Assembly (NCBI GenBank): GCA_004431415.1
Contig: QPMI01000500.1
Coordinates: forward strand, 6,294 to 70,293
DNA length: 64,000 nucleotides
Source of the DNA: Cyanophora paradoxa CCMP329
Lineage: Eukaryota; Plantae; Glaucophyta
Direction of reading: 5' to 3'
Of the stretch, positions 44,040 through 54,444 are shown in pieces (the stretch's first letter is position 1; every line of letters begins with the position of its first letter). The notes below the pieces were generated by a model. It ran no database searches. It had not been told where the DNA came from and saw nothing but the letters and a program-made list of their open reading frames with translations. The position numbers were made by a program, and so were the translations under genes.

Positions 44040-46356
44040 AATATTCAACATCCTCTCATTGTCTTCTTGAACCCTTGTTATCTTTCGAATCCAATGTAGC
44101 CCTGCCTGGTTCCATGAATTCGTTTACCTCTGATTTAACATTGAAGATCTCCCTTACTCTCTTCATAACAGATACACATTCAACTTTATCATCAACACTT
44201 TTGTATGATTTGTAAATGATATCACTGGAAACAAAGTCGTTAGCATTATGTGTAACCTCGAAATTATCTCGAAGCCATTCACCAATCTTATCATTTTCAG
44301 CTATAAAGTTAATTCCCTGTTCAATAATCGATTGAGGGGACTTCTTAAGATCTCTTCAACCTCTTTGTTCTTCCACATATCCAGTAATATCTTCATGTGA
44401 GCCATCTTATACTCATCATCATTGTGTAGAAGTGTGAACAGAGTTGGGTCAGCTTTCTTTTGACCAGCTTCTGGCTTCTCTCTGAATATATTATTGAATC
44501 TCTGATAGGAAAGTCTTCTTTGAATTGCAAAGTCTGGTTTATTTATAGTCAAATTGTCATTAGTTGTAATGTAGACCTGAAACATTGGGGTAAGGATAAC
44601 TGGGTCTTTGAACAAGGCTCTCACAGTCATTTCATTTCCACCTGTGACCTCCTTAATCTTGGAGATCTGCAGTTTATCACCATCTTCAGCCTCATTACTG
44701 AATACAAGTCGCTTTCCAAGGAGTTTGGCAAGTTCAGGAGTAGCCTCTGATGAGTTCTTTTTAGGCTTAGTCCAATAGGATATTTCGAGAGGGCTGTAAT
44801 AGCGACCAGATATCTGTTTGCAGTATTCCTGAACAAGTGATTTACCATTAGCACCAGCACCAGTCCACATATAGAACTTCTGGGATTTAGTTGATCCACT
44901 AAGGGCAATTGCAATGGATGCCAGAAGATACTTTCGCTCTGCTGGATCATCCACAATCTCTTTATAAATCTGATTGAGATGCTCCACTTTCTTGGGGTCT
45001 ACATTTTCAGTATAGTCATAACCCACAGTCTTGCTCACCATATCTTCCAGTTTACCCTTTCTGAAAGTCATAGTGGTCAGATCAAATACACCATTTTCGA
45101 ATCCAATCACATATGGAACTGTGTCAATCTTCTCAAAGAATTCATCATCATTCAGCAGTGGGACCAAGTCAGTCAGAAGGGATTTGCGAAATCCTGATTG
45201 TTTAAGATTTTTGGCAATGGTCATCAATGTTTTGGATCTTTCTTCGAAAGCTGCTTTGTTTTCCTCATCCTTTAAAGCTCTTTGACTATAATGCACAGCC
45301 CTTCCAAGGTATTGGGGACAACAAGACGGCTTATATCTAGGTAAATCTTAAGGTTTGTGTCATCAAGCTCCCAAATCCCAGTATCAGTATTGAGTTTGAA
45401 CCATGACTTTTTGGAGTATCTCCAAGTGTGTTTCAGAACCTCTTTGCATACTAAACTTACATCATAATGAGCGCCACCTGAACCAGCGGATTTATCTATA
45501 AGATTAAAGATATCAGATTGCATTCCAATGCAGATGAATCGTTTTTTGCAATTTCCACTGTAGCTTGACACAATGTATTTGTTATCATCTCCTTTAGCTT
45601 TCATAACATACCAGTTATTCGATTCATGTGAACCATTGCAGCATGGGCAATTGAGTCCCTTGTTAGCAGCATCAAAGTTAAAGCCAAGTTCAGTTTTAGA
45701 GATTATATTGGGATGCATAAATCCCATATCCACCAGCTCTTTGATAATATTGTTTTCCAGTTCATCATGTGAGGTAGCATTAGCAGTATACTCACTCTTA
45801 TAGATGTAGTTATCTATTATCCACTTTTTGAAGTCATCAGTAGGCTCATTGAAATCACAGGTATCATCCCATGGGGAGATCACCCAAGCCTTGTTGACAC
45901 TGGACACACATTGATCAATCCAGAAGTACCAGTTCCAGTGATTGTTTTCAGGTCAACCTTTTCAAAGCCTTTAAAGCCAGGAGCCTTATCGGTGATTTTG
46001 AGTTTAGTGAACTCCTCAGGTCGTTTAAAGTAGACATGATAGCCTTTTTTAGTTTTTGCCATGGGCTGATTGGCATCAAAGTCATCAGGAAACATATCCC
46101 GGAATTTCTCAAAGTTCTCCTCATCATCAAAGTCAATAACCATCATGTTGTCTGAGAGCAGAATGCCCCAAGATACATACTGATTAGTTGCCAGCGCTTC
46201 CTCATACTTTTCCCAGGACCAAGCACCTCCCTTATGCTTGAAAACAGGGTCTTTGCTGTCAGGTTTCACCGGGATAATCATGTTTTTGGCTAGATCCTCA
46301 TCAGATCTGAGCCAGTTAGCGAGCGATTTGAGCGATTTAGTCTGTTTGGCGTTCAT
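44040..46356 (-). CDS. Bifunctional Prim-Pol + Zn finger + D5_N + SF3 helicase (type B; frameshifted, 3' end approximate)
   Basis: MVIDFD, KTKKGYHVYF, CPCCNGSH, IGFENGVFDL, WTGAGANGKS, FSNEAE, ITTN, AIQRRL. Confidence 0.9.
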
Positions 46357-46569
46357 TTTCAGCGATTGGGGGTCCCTTTTATATATATAGAAGATTTTTC
46401 TTTAAGTAGTTTTGGGTCCCCCAATCATTTTTTGTTGGAAATCGAGAAAGTATCCCTACGAAATATTTCCACACGACTTATCGAGTGGTTCAGATACAAA
46501 AAGGATGAATGGGTATTTCAGCGAATAAACAGCATATCCCCAGCCTAGTAATATGCTGGGAAAAATAAT

Positions 46570-46824
46570 TTAGACATGTTTCAATTTTCTCCCTCTGTTT
46601 GAGTAAGGGACATCATACAAATACTTGACAAAGCAGACTGCATTGGCTGCATACTTTCGCTGACATGAACTGGCTATTTTCATGGCTCTATAAGTATCAT
46701 CATTGTTATATAGATCTCTTAGCTGTGTGGCTATTTTTTCGTTAAACTTTTTGATTTGAGCCTTACCTTTTTCAGTTTGCTGATATCTTTTCATAGCTCT
46801 CTTCTGGGCTTCACTGAGTGGCAT
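46570..46824 (-). CDS. Small basic hypothetical protein
   Basis: SEAQKRAMKRY; own promoter motif at ~46843-46874. Confidence 0.55.
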   Translation of the reverse strand: MPLSEAQKRAMKRYQQTEKGKAQIKKFNEKIATQLRDLYNNDDTYRAMKIASSCQRKYAANAVCFVKYLYDVPYSNRGRKLKHV

Positions 46825-46880
46825 TTTTCCTTTGTCTCTCTTAATATATATAGAGAATTCTTTAAATCATTTTTTGTTCT

Positions 46881-47696
46881 CTAACCTCTTTGTCCAAATC
46901 GCTCAATATACATAAGTTTGAAATGCTTACCTAGCAATGCTACAAATGGTTCAATTTCCAAGGTCTCCCATGTTTTCTTGTCCTTATTCCATCTGCAATC
47001 TAATCCTTTTGCGATATCTTTTTTAAGATAAGGCACCTGAAACCCAGCAACCAATGTATTTGTTGTACTGAGTTCTGCATACATTTCAATCAATGCAGAT
47101 CTGCCCTCTCTGAACCTCTCTATATCATCTCTGCGAAGATTATCCATTTTCGGAATAAATTGGTTGCACCAAATCAGGAAAAGATTAACTGCATGTTTAT
47201 TCCTTGCTCTTTCTTGTTCTAATTCTCTCTGTCTTCGCTCTCTTTCTTCTAATTCAAGCTGCCTCTTTCGAGCTTCCTCTTGTTTTTCAAGTTCTCTTTT
47301 TCTTTCCAGTTCTTCTTGCTTTAAAGCGATTCTGCACTTATTACAGAAATTATCCTTTCGGTTTTTATGCCGATCTCCACATCTTTCACATATATCTTGA
47401 CCTCTGGCACCCTTCGGAATAAATCGTAAAATGCAGCAATTCCCAACAATGACCACAATCTTTTTATTAACATGCAGAATATAGCATTGCTCTTTAATTG
47501 GATGATCACAGGCGCAATGCTCAGACTCTGGAGGCAGGTCATAGTCACTTAATCCATATTTTGCAAGCTTTGCCCAAAGAGGGAGCGGTTTCCTGTTACT
47601 TCCAAGAGCAACATAATCATTGAAGTTATCAGATCCACAAAGCAACATTAAAGCCGCTTTGAGCTTTTCCAGGCAATACGATTTCTTCTCTGCCAT
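46881..47696 (-). CDS. Zn-binding / coiled-coil / DUF5710-like protein
   Basis: CACDHPI...VGNCCI, CERC...CNKC, VPYLKKDIAKGLDCRWNKDKKTW. Confidence 0.65.
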   Translation of the reverse strand: MAEKKSYCLEKLKAALMLLCGSDNFNDYVALGSNRKPLPLWAKLAKYGLSDYDLPPESEHCACDHPIKEQCYILHVNKKIVVIVGNCCILRFIPKGARGQDICERCGDRHKNRKDNFCNKCRIALKQEELERKRELEKQEEARKRQLELEERERRQRELEQERARNKHAVNLFLIWCNQFIPKMDNLRRDDIERFREGRSALIEMYAELSTTNTLVAGFQVPYLKKDIAKGLDCRWNKDKKTWETLEIEPFVALLGKHFKLMYIERFGQRG

Positions 47697-47805
47697 TTTC
47701 CTTTTATATATATAGAAGATATTTCTTTAAGTAGTTTTCATCAAATTTTGTGTTCAGAATTCCCCATTTAAAACCTCCGCTTTTAATAGGAACAAGTTAG
47801 GAACA

Positions 47806-50800
47806 ATGCCCCGAATTAGCAACAGACTTATTAGAGAAAAGAAATGGGAACTCATGGGATTACTGGGAACACTGTATGCAGCCCATGAAATCACAGAGGC
47901 TGAATATGACCGGGAAATCGGATTTATTTCAAGGGGCAGACCCACTTTAGCAAAATTAACCAGAAAAGCCAATACCCTCTATGATAAAGTTGAAACTCTT
48001 GATGAACTCGATCGCCTGAGGCAAATAGAACCAGAGGCAGAAGATGGAACAGCTATGAATGAATTATATCGTTGGCTCACATACAGAGCCAGAAGGGAAG
48101 TTGTTGTAGATGTGATTGAATATTTAGATAGAATTGCAACCTCTCTACCAAAACGTTTAAGGGATAGTCTGGATCAATTCAGGGCAATCAAAGTTCGCTT
48201 GTCGTTTATCTGCAAGTTCGTAAAAGTCAGCAATCCACAGGTTTGGATATCGAAATACATTTACAGCGATTATTTTGTATTAACCAAATCGAGAAATATT
48301 CGAACTGAGCTGAATAAAGCAGCCCAAATGTGTCAGGAACAGATGAATGTTGTTGATAGCTATCGATTGGAGAGAATCGAAATGCTAAGAGTTGCTATTA
48401 TGAGTTATGCCCCAACTGGTGGCTGCTATGTTAAAACACCAGAATCAATTGCAGCCAAGAGAGCCACAGTGAATATTCGAAATATTGATGATTCTTGCTT
48501 TGAAAATGCCATTTTGGCATGGATCCATAGGAAAGATGTAAATTCCCACAAGAGGAGTGAGCTTACACAATATCGCAAATGGAAATACTCACCATCCACA
48601 TACAATCCTTTGGCTCTCAATTTCGACAATATCCCATTCCCTGTTCCTTGTGATGCTGAAATCATTGATAAATTCGAAGCTCAAAATGCAGGCATTAGCA
48701 TAAACATCTTTGGAATGGATGGAGATGTTATATATCCGCTGCATCAATCCAGCAACCCAGGCAGAAAGCAAAAGATTAATCTCATGCTCATTCATGATGA
48801 TGAAGGGAATGGTCACTATATTACTATTATGTCACTCTCAAGACTTCTAAGAGTTGCCCTTGATAAAACCAAGGATCAAAAGTTACACTACTGTGATACA
48901 TGCTTATCTCGATTCAGGTCTGAGGCTAAACTCACTGCTCATGTGGACTCAAACAGATGCATTGATTGGAGACTCTCAAGGGAGTCACCCCTAAACCTGA
49001 AACCACAATAGAGTTTGGACTCAAAAACCTTAGGAAACTGTTTGGCTTCCTGTTGTGGTCTACTGCAAGATTGAACATAGAAGCATCCCCATTGATGCAT
49101 CGAAATCCAAGAGGGAAGTCTCAGCAGTCAACCTGAGAGTAGTCACTGGGGCAGATGTTCAAGATTTTCGATTTGAGGGGCAGGATCCAATGGGAGGTCT
49201 CTTTGAATGCTTGGAGTCCAAAGCTAGAGAGCTGATCGATTTCCTGTTCACCAATATTCCCATGAATGAACTCACAGATGAGCAAAAGGCTGTTTACAGG
49301 GCTACTAAACACTGTTACCTTTGCAGTGAGAGGTTCACCAAGGAGAACTTCAAATGCAGAGATCATGATCACCACACAGGTCAGTACATTGCTCCTGCAT
49401 GCAGAAACTGCAATCTTCATAGGAGAATCTCAAAGCAAACAAAAGTAGCAGTGGTTGTTGACCAAATGGATGACTGTGGGACATTCATTTTCAGAAAAAT
49501 AGCAGGCATGGGTGATAAAAAGCGAATCGAAATCCTTTCGAAAAACTTTGATCAATACCTTTCATTGCAATGGGTCTTTACAAGTTCATTGATGCAAGTA
49601 ATTTTATGGACTTTGGGGCTGCTGATGTAGATGAGTTAATGAGCAAATTCCAGGCTTTCAGAAGGCTTTCACACTCAGTATATGGATTGGACCCAGTTCA
49701 TTATGTATCTGCACCTGGGTTATCTTGGGATGCTATGCTTAGGACCACCAAGGCAAAAATAGAGCTTATAAGTGATGTAGAGCAATACGAATTTGTTGAG
49801 AGGGGAATCAGGGGTGGCTTTGCAACAATGCCTTGTAGGTATGCTGAGGCTGATGGTGAGAACTCCCATATAATGCTGTTTGATGCTAACAACTTGTATG
49901 GCTACTGTTTGAGTCAGCCAATTCCAGTTGGTGATTTTAGATGGGAGACCGAATTCAACCCACAAGATAACAGATCCAGTTTCCTGGAAGTTGATCTGGA
50001 TTACCCAATTAGGCTATATCTAGACCACAGTGATTTCCCCTAATTATTAACAAGAAAATAGTAGAATATGCCGAATTATCACAATATCAAAAGAGCCTAT
50101 TAGATCTCTCAGGAGAAGAGCTTGATAAGACCCCTAAGCTAACTGCAACCTTTGGTTCTGTGACCAACTATGTGATTTCTGAGCCTCTTCTACAGTATCT
50201 GTTGGACAAAGGGATGAAACTAAAGAAGGTTCACAGGGTCCTATCATTTACTGTGGCTCCTGTAATGAAACCCTACATTGAGCTGAACACTGATATGAGA
50301 AGGAAAGCAGTGAATAAATTTGAGGCTGATTTCTATAAGCTCATGAATAATTCAATCTATGGGAAATGCATTGAATCATGTAGAGGTAGATCTGTGGTTA
50401 AGATTGCAAACAGTGAGAAACTATTTATGAAATATGCAGCCTCTCCATTGGTGAAATCAACAAGCCCCATAAACGAAAAAGCAGTTGCCTTTGAGTTTTA
50501 CACAAAGCATGTGAAACTAGATAAGCCTGTTGCAATTGGGGCTTATGTTTTGGATGCAGCCAAACTGCATAATTACCAGTTCTTCTATGATACTGTAAGG
50601 TCCCAATGGACAAAAGCAAAGTTACTATTCCATGATACTGATTCCTTCTGTCTATATATCGAATCTAAGACCTTACAAAAAGATATAGAGAATATATCTT
50701 ATGCCTTGGACCTTGGAGGTGATTCAAGAATGACCCCAGGTAAATACAAAAATGAGATGCCAGGTTCTGCTATACTGGAGTATGTGGGTCTGAGAGCCAA

Positions 50801-51046
50801 AGTTTACAGTTTCAGAACAGCTGAGATTGAGAGGAGTAAGCTCTCTGGACTTCAACTGAGGAACTCCAATTTAATGATTTTAAACAGTGTTTATTTGCAG
50901 GTATCAGCAAGACTGTGACTGCAAAGCAGAAAAGAAGGGCAGATCACACAATAATAGACACTGTGAGTAGAAGGGTTGCCCTAAACTGCTTTGATGCAAA
51001 GAGATACATCTTACCAGATGGTATTAATTCTGTTCCTTTTAATTAA
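47806..51046 (+). CDS. polB: pPolB, B copy (frameshifted)
   Basis: Highly similar to 13926-17171. Confidence 0.93.
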
Positions 51047-51049
51047 GAG

Positions 51050-52432
51050 ATGCCAGCAACTGGAAGAATAGTTAGGAGAACCACTGAGCAACTACAAGGT
51101 AACCTACTGCCTATCACAGTTCCAAAGGAGGAAAAGGGGAATCTCGAATTGTCAAAAAGTCTGAAATGAAAGAGCTTGTCCCAGTAGAGATCCCAGTTGC
51201 TATTGCAGTGAAAGAAACCAACAAGATTGCCAAGAGATTCTATGATGTGAGAACTGGTTATAAAGGGCTTCAAGCTATGAGGGCTGAGTTACCAGATGAA
51301 TCCTATAAGCAGTTGCAAGAGTTCTATAAAAAACAAGAAGTTGTTCAGATCAATGCACCTGCTATATCTAGGAAGAGAGATCCCATGTCCCAATTAGGCA
51401 ACCCCTTGATACCTATGTGATTGATTTGCTCTTTTTCCCAGCTTATAAGAAACAAAACAATGGCTATGATACATTTATGACTGCAATGGAATCAACACTG
51501 AGAACTGGGTATATTATACCTATAAGAGATAAATCAGCTCTCACTACATTGGCTGCATTTAAACAGCTTGAGATGAGAGTGGCAAGACCAATAGTAAAGG
51601 TTCAATCAGATGCTGGAAGTGAGTTCCAAAATCGAATATTCCAGGAGTATTTATCTAGTAAATTCATAGAACACCAAGTGAGTGGAACTGCTGACCACAG
51701 AAGCCAAGGTCGAATTGAAGCCTTTAACAAGCAGATTAAGAGACTGATCACAAACTACTGCATAGCTAATAACACAGCTAGATTCTTTGATGTGTTAGGT
51801 GATATTGAGTATAATTACAATAATACAGTCCACTCAGCTACTAAGATGAAGCCAGGTGAAACTACAGAGGATCATTATAGGTATATAGTGGGATTAGAAG
51901 ATGAAAGATTCAAGAAATCAATAGCTTACCTTGATACCATGCAGCCTGGCATGTTTGTTAGAGTGAAAGTTGAGAAGAACCCCTTTGCTAAACAGGGTAA
52001 CAATTGGTCTAGGATGGTTTACACTGTTGATAGTAGGGAAGGCTTTAAATTTAAGCTAAGGAGTCCCACTGGAGAGATCATAGATAACAGGTTTGCTTTC
52101 CATGAGCTGTTGCCTGTGAATGCAGTTGAGTATCTAGAAACACCTACAGTGGATGCCTTGGAGCAAGCTAAAGAGGAAGCTAGGGTTGATGCTGCTATAA
52201 GGAGAGAGGGCATAGAAGCTGCTAATGAAGTCCCAGATAAGCCTTTGATAGAGGCTAGAAAGGAGAAGGCTGGGAAAGTTAACAGGGAACTCAAAAAGCT
52301 CACCATAGCAGGGACACAGAAACTTTCAGAAGTGAATAGCCAGAGATGGTATAATGACTTTCAGACTACTAAGGAGTCATATACAGCTCCTAAACCTCAA
52401 AGAACACTAAGAGAAAGGACCAAACTAGCTAG
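51050..52432 (+). CDS. int: rve integrase, B copy (frameshifted)
   Basis: Highly similar to 17175-18560; DDE intact. Confidence 0.92.
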
Positions 52433-52917
52433 TTTGCTAGCCGAAAACTCGTTTTTTCAAAATATATGTATGACTGATATACATATATGCATATGCTATA
52501 CACATAGTCTTGTAGATCTTTTCAAGCGCTTCACAGCGATATGCAGAACGTTGCGTTTTGATGATCTGGTGATGAGATATAACAGTTTGAAGATGCAAAA
52601 GTCACTTGCCATAGTAGACTTGGTGAAACATAGGTTTCCCACTGAGAACGCGATATATACGAATATATCCGCTGGTATATATAAATGCTCCGACTATGAG
52701 AGTCGATGTGACGGGCGCGTTTATACGGTAGAAAAAAGAGGGAATTTTTCCGATTTTTTGATTATATATATGTATATGTATATATATTTTTTAATTATTT
52801 TTTTCCAAACATTTTTCTTGGTCAACCGGCAATACGGAGGTTTTGGTATATATAGTGTATATATGTCGTGACGTCACGTGTATATATACGGTATATATGT
52901 CGTGACGTCATGCAAGA

Positions 52918-53030
52918 TTTGTAATGTAAGAATTGTAAACATTGTAAGAATTGTAATGTAAGAATTGTAAGAATTGTAAGAATTGTAAGAATTGTAAGAA
53001 TTGTAATGTAACTATTGTAAGAATTGTAAT
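52918..53030. repeat. Tandem ~9-bp TTGTAAGAA repeats
   Basis: About a dozen degenerate units, followed by inverted TTACAA copies. Confidence 0.85.
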
Positions 53031-53393
53031 AAGTCGATACCCCCGTCGCACATTACAACCGGGGGAACAAATACAATTACAATTGGAACCCAAGAAATCC
53101 AAGAAAAGCATACAAACTGCTGTAACTCTTCACCAACTCATCCGTTTTAAAAACCGCGACCATCGCCGGAATCCTCTTTGCATCCTCTACACATCTATGC
53201 TACTTTCGCGAACTGGATCGTAGATTTGCCCGGGTTTGTGGGGCTGAATATGTCTCTTTTGTGGTCTGAAAGTCTGTATACCATCTCTGACTGTATGATC
53301 TCGAATAATCCACCTAAATCTACTTTATAGATAATCGTGATTACACCTGTGAAACCATCAATCTAACACTGCATTTAGTAAGCATCTGCCCTA

Positions 53394-54444
53394 GATTCCC
53401 CCTATAATTAAAGTGGAATCAAGGTTGACTCATATTAATCGATAGTATATGGATTTTGTTACGAATTCAATGCAAGGGTTGACTAAGTGGGTTGAGTTGA
53501 CTCAAATTTCACAGGAAATAACAATGAATCAGAGTATAAAATGCATTTTTTTTTGAATCAACTACACCAACTAACACTGAGATTTTCACAATATATGAGG
53601 TCCTTACTGAATATGGTATGTGTCACAGGTGTCACAGGTCTATCCCAAAGTTTTCTATAGCATAAAAATGAACTCTCAAAAGTTTGGGATGGACCTGTGA
53701 CACCTGTGACACTCGATTATTTCATTTGTTTATTCAAGTAGAATTACATAGATAAACTTCTTACTTATTGTTACTGAGTTTTTCATTATAAAAGAGGATC
53801 TTACCATAAATGGTGTTGTTCACAGGTGTCACAGGTCTATCCCAAAGTTTTCACATATATAAAAATCAACTATCAAAAGTTTGGGATTGACCTGTGACAC
53901 CTGTGACACCTGTGACACCCAATTTTCTAAGGGTCCCCCCTTAGACTCAACAAAACAATGATAAAATCATATAAGTTTCATGTATAATTACGATTGAATT
54001 CAATAAGAGATCGATTTGTTAATATAAACAAATGAATCATTTATGGATCTTAATCGAGTTTAGCGATATATTTCCGATTAAATGAATTAATTTAATTAAA
54101 TTTAATCGAGAAAGTACATGAATATAATATCGATTAAATCAATTACCTTTTAGACCAATCACACATAGTAAAATGCGGAGTTTTAACCAGAGGCAAGATC
54201 TAATTGAGATTCAGTTATATTATTCGGAAATATATACAGATTATCGATTGACTCAGTAAGACTAATCGGAAAATAAGAGAAATTTACGATAAAATATCGA
54301 AAAGAATACAAAATAATCGAAATAATTGAATATTCGATAAGATATACACAGATTATCGATTGATTGAAATAGAATATACGAGATATATCAACAAAATCAA
54401 TTAAGATAAGCCGAGGGTTAAAACTCCGCATTTTACTATGTGTG
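53394..54444. repeat. Right TIR of element B
   Basis: Inverted copy of the left TIR, with a different and duplicated iteron block. Confidence 0.92.

Larger units (their letters stand above)
26503..54444. mobile_element. End-to-end Polinton-like virus, element B (~27.9 kb)
   Basis: Begins CACACATAGTAAAATGCGG, ends CCGCATTTTACTATGTGTG. TIRs plus capsid, replication and integration genes. No TSD (GCTCTT | ACAAGG). Confidence 0.95.

Noticed and set aside
30060-52432. Many frameshifts in B (and some in A) as pseudogenisation or programmed frameshifting
   Set aside because: Nearly all are 1-nt deletions, often in homopolymers, at different positions in A and B and clustered at ~41500-43500. This is typical of unpolished long reads and cannot be called biological without read data.
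51417-52871. Extended integrase C-terminus in B
   Set aside because: Caused by one missing A near 52424; A stops at the equivalent TAG.
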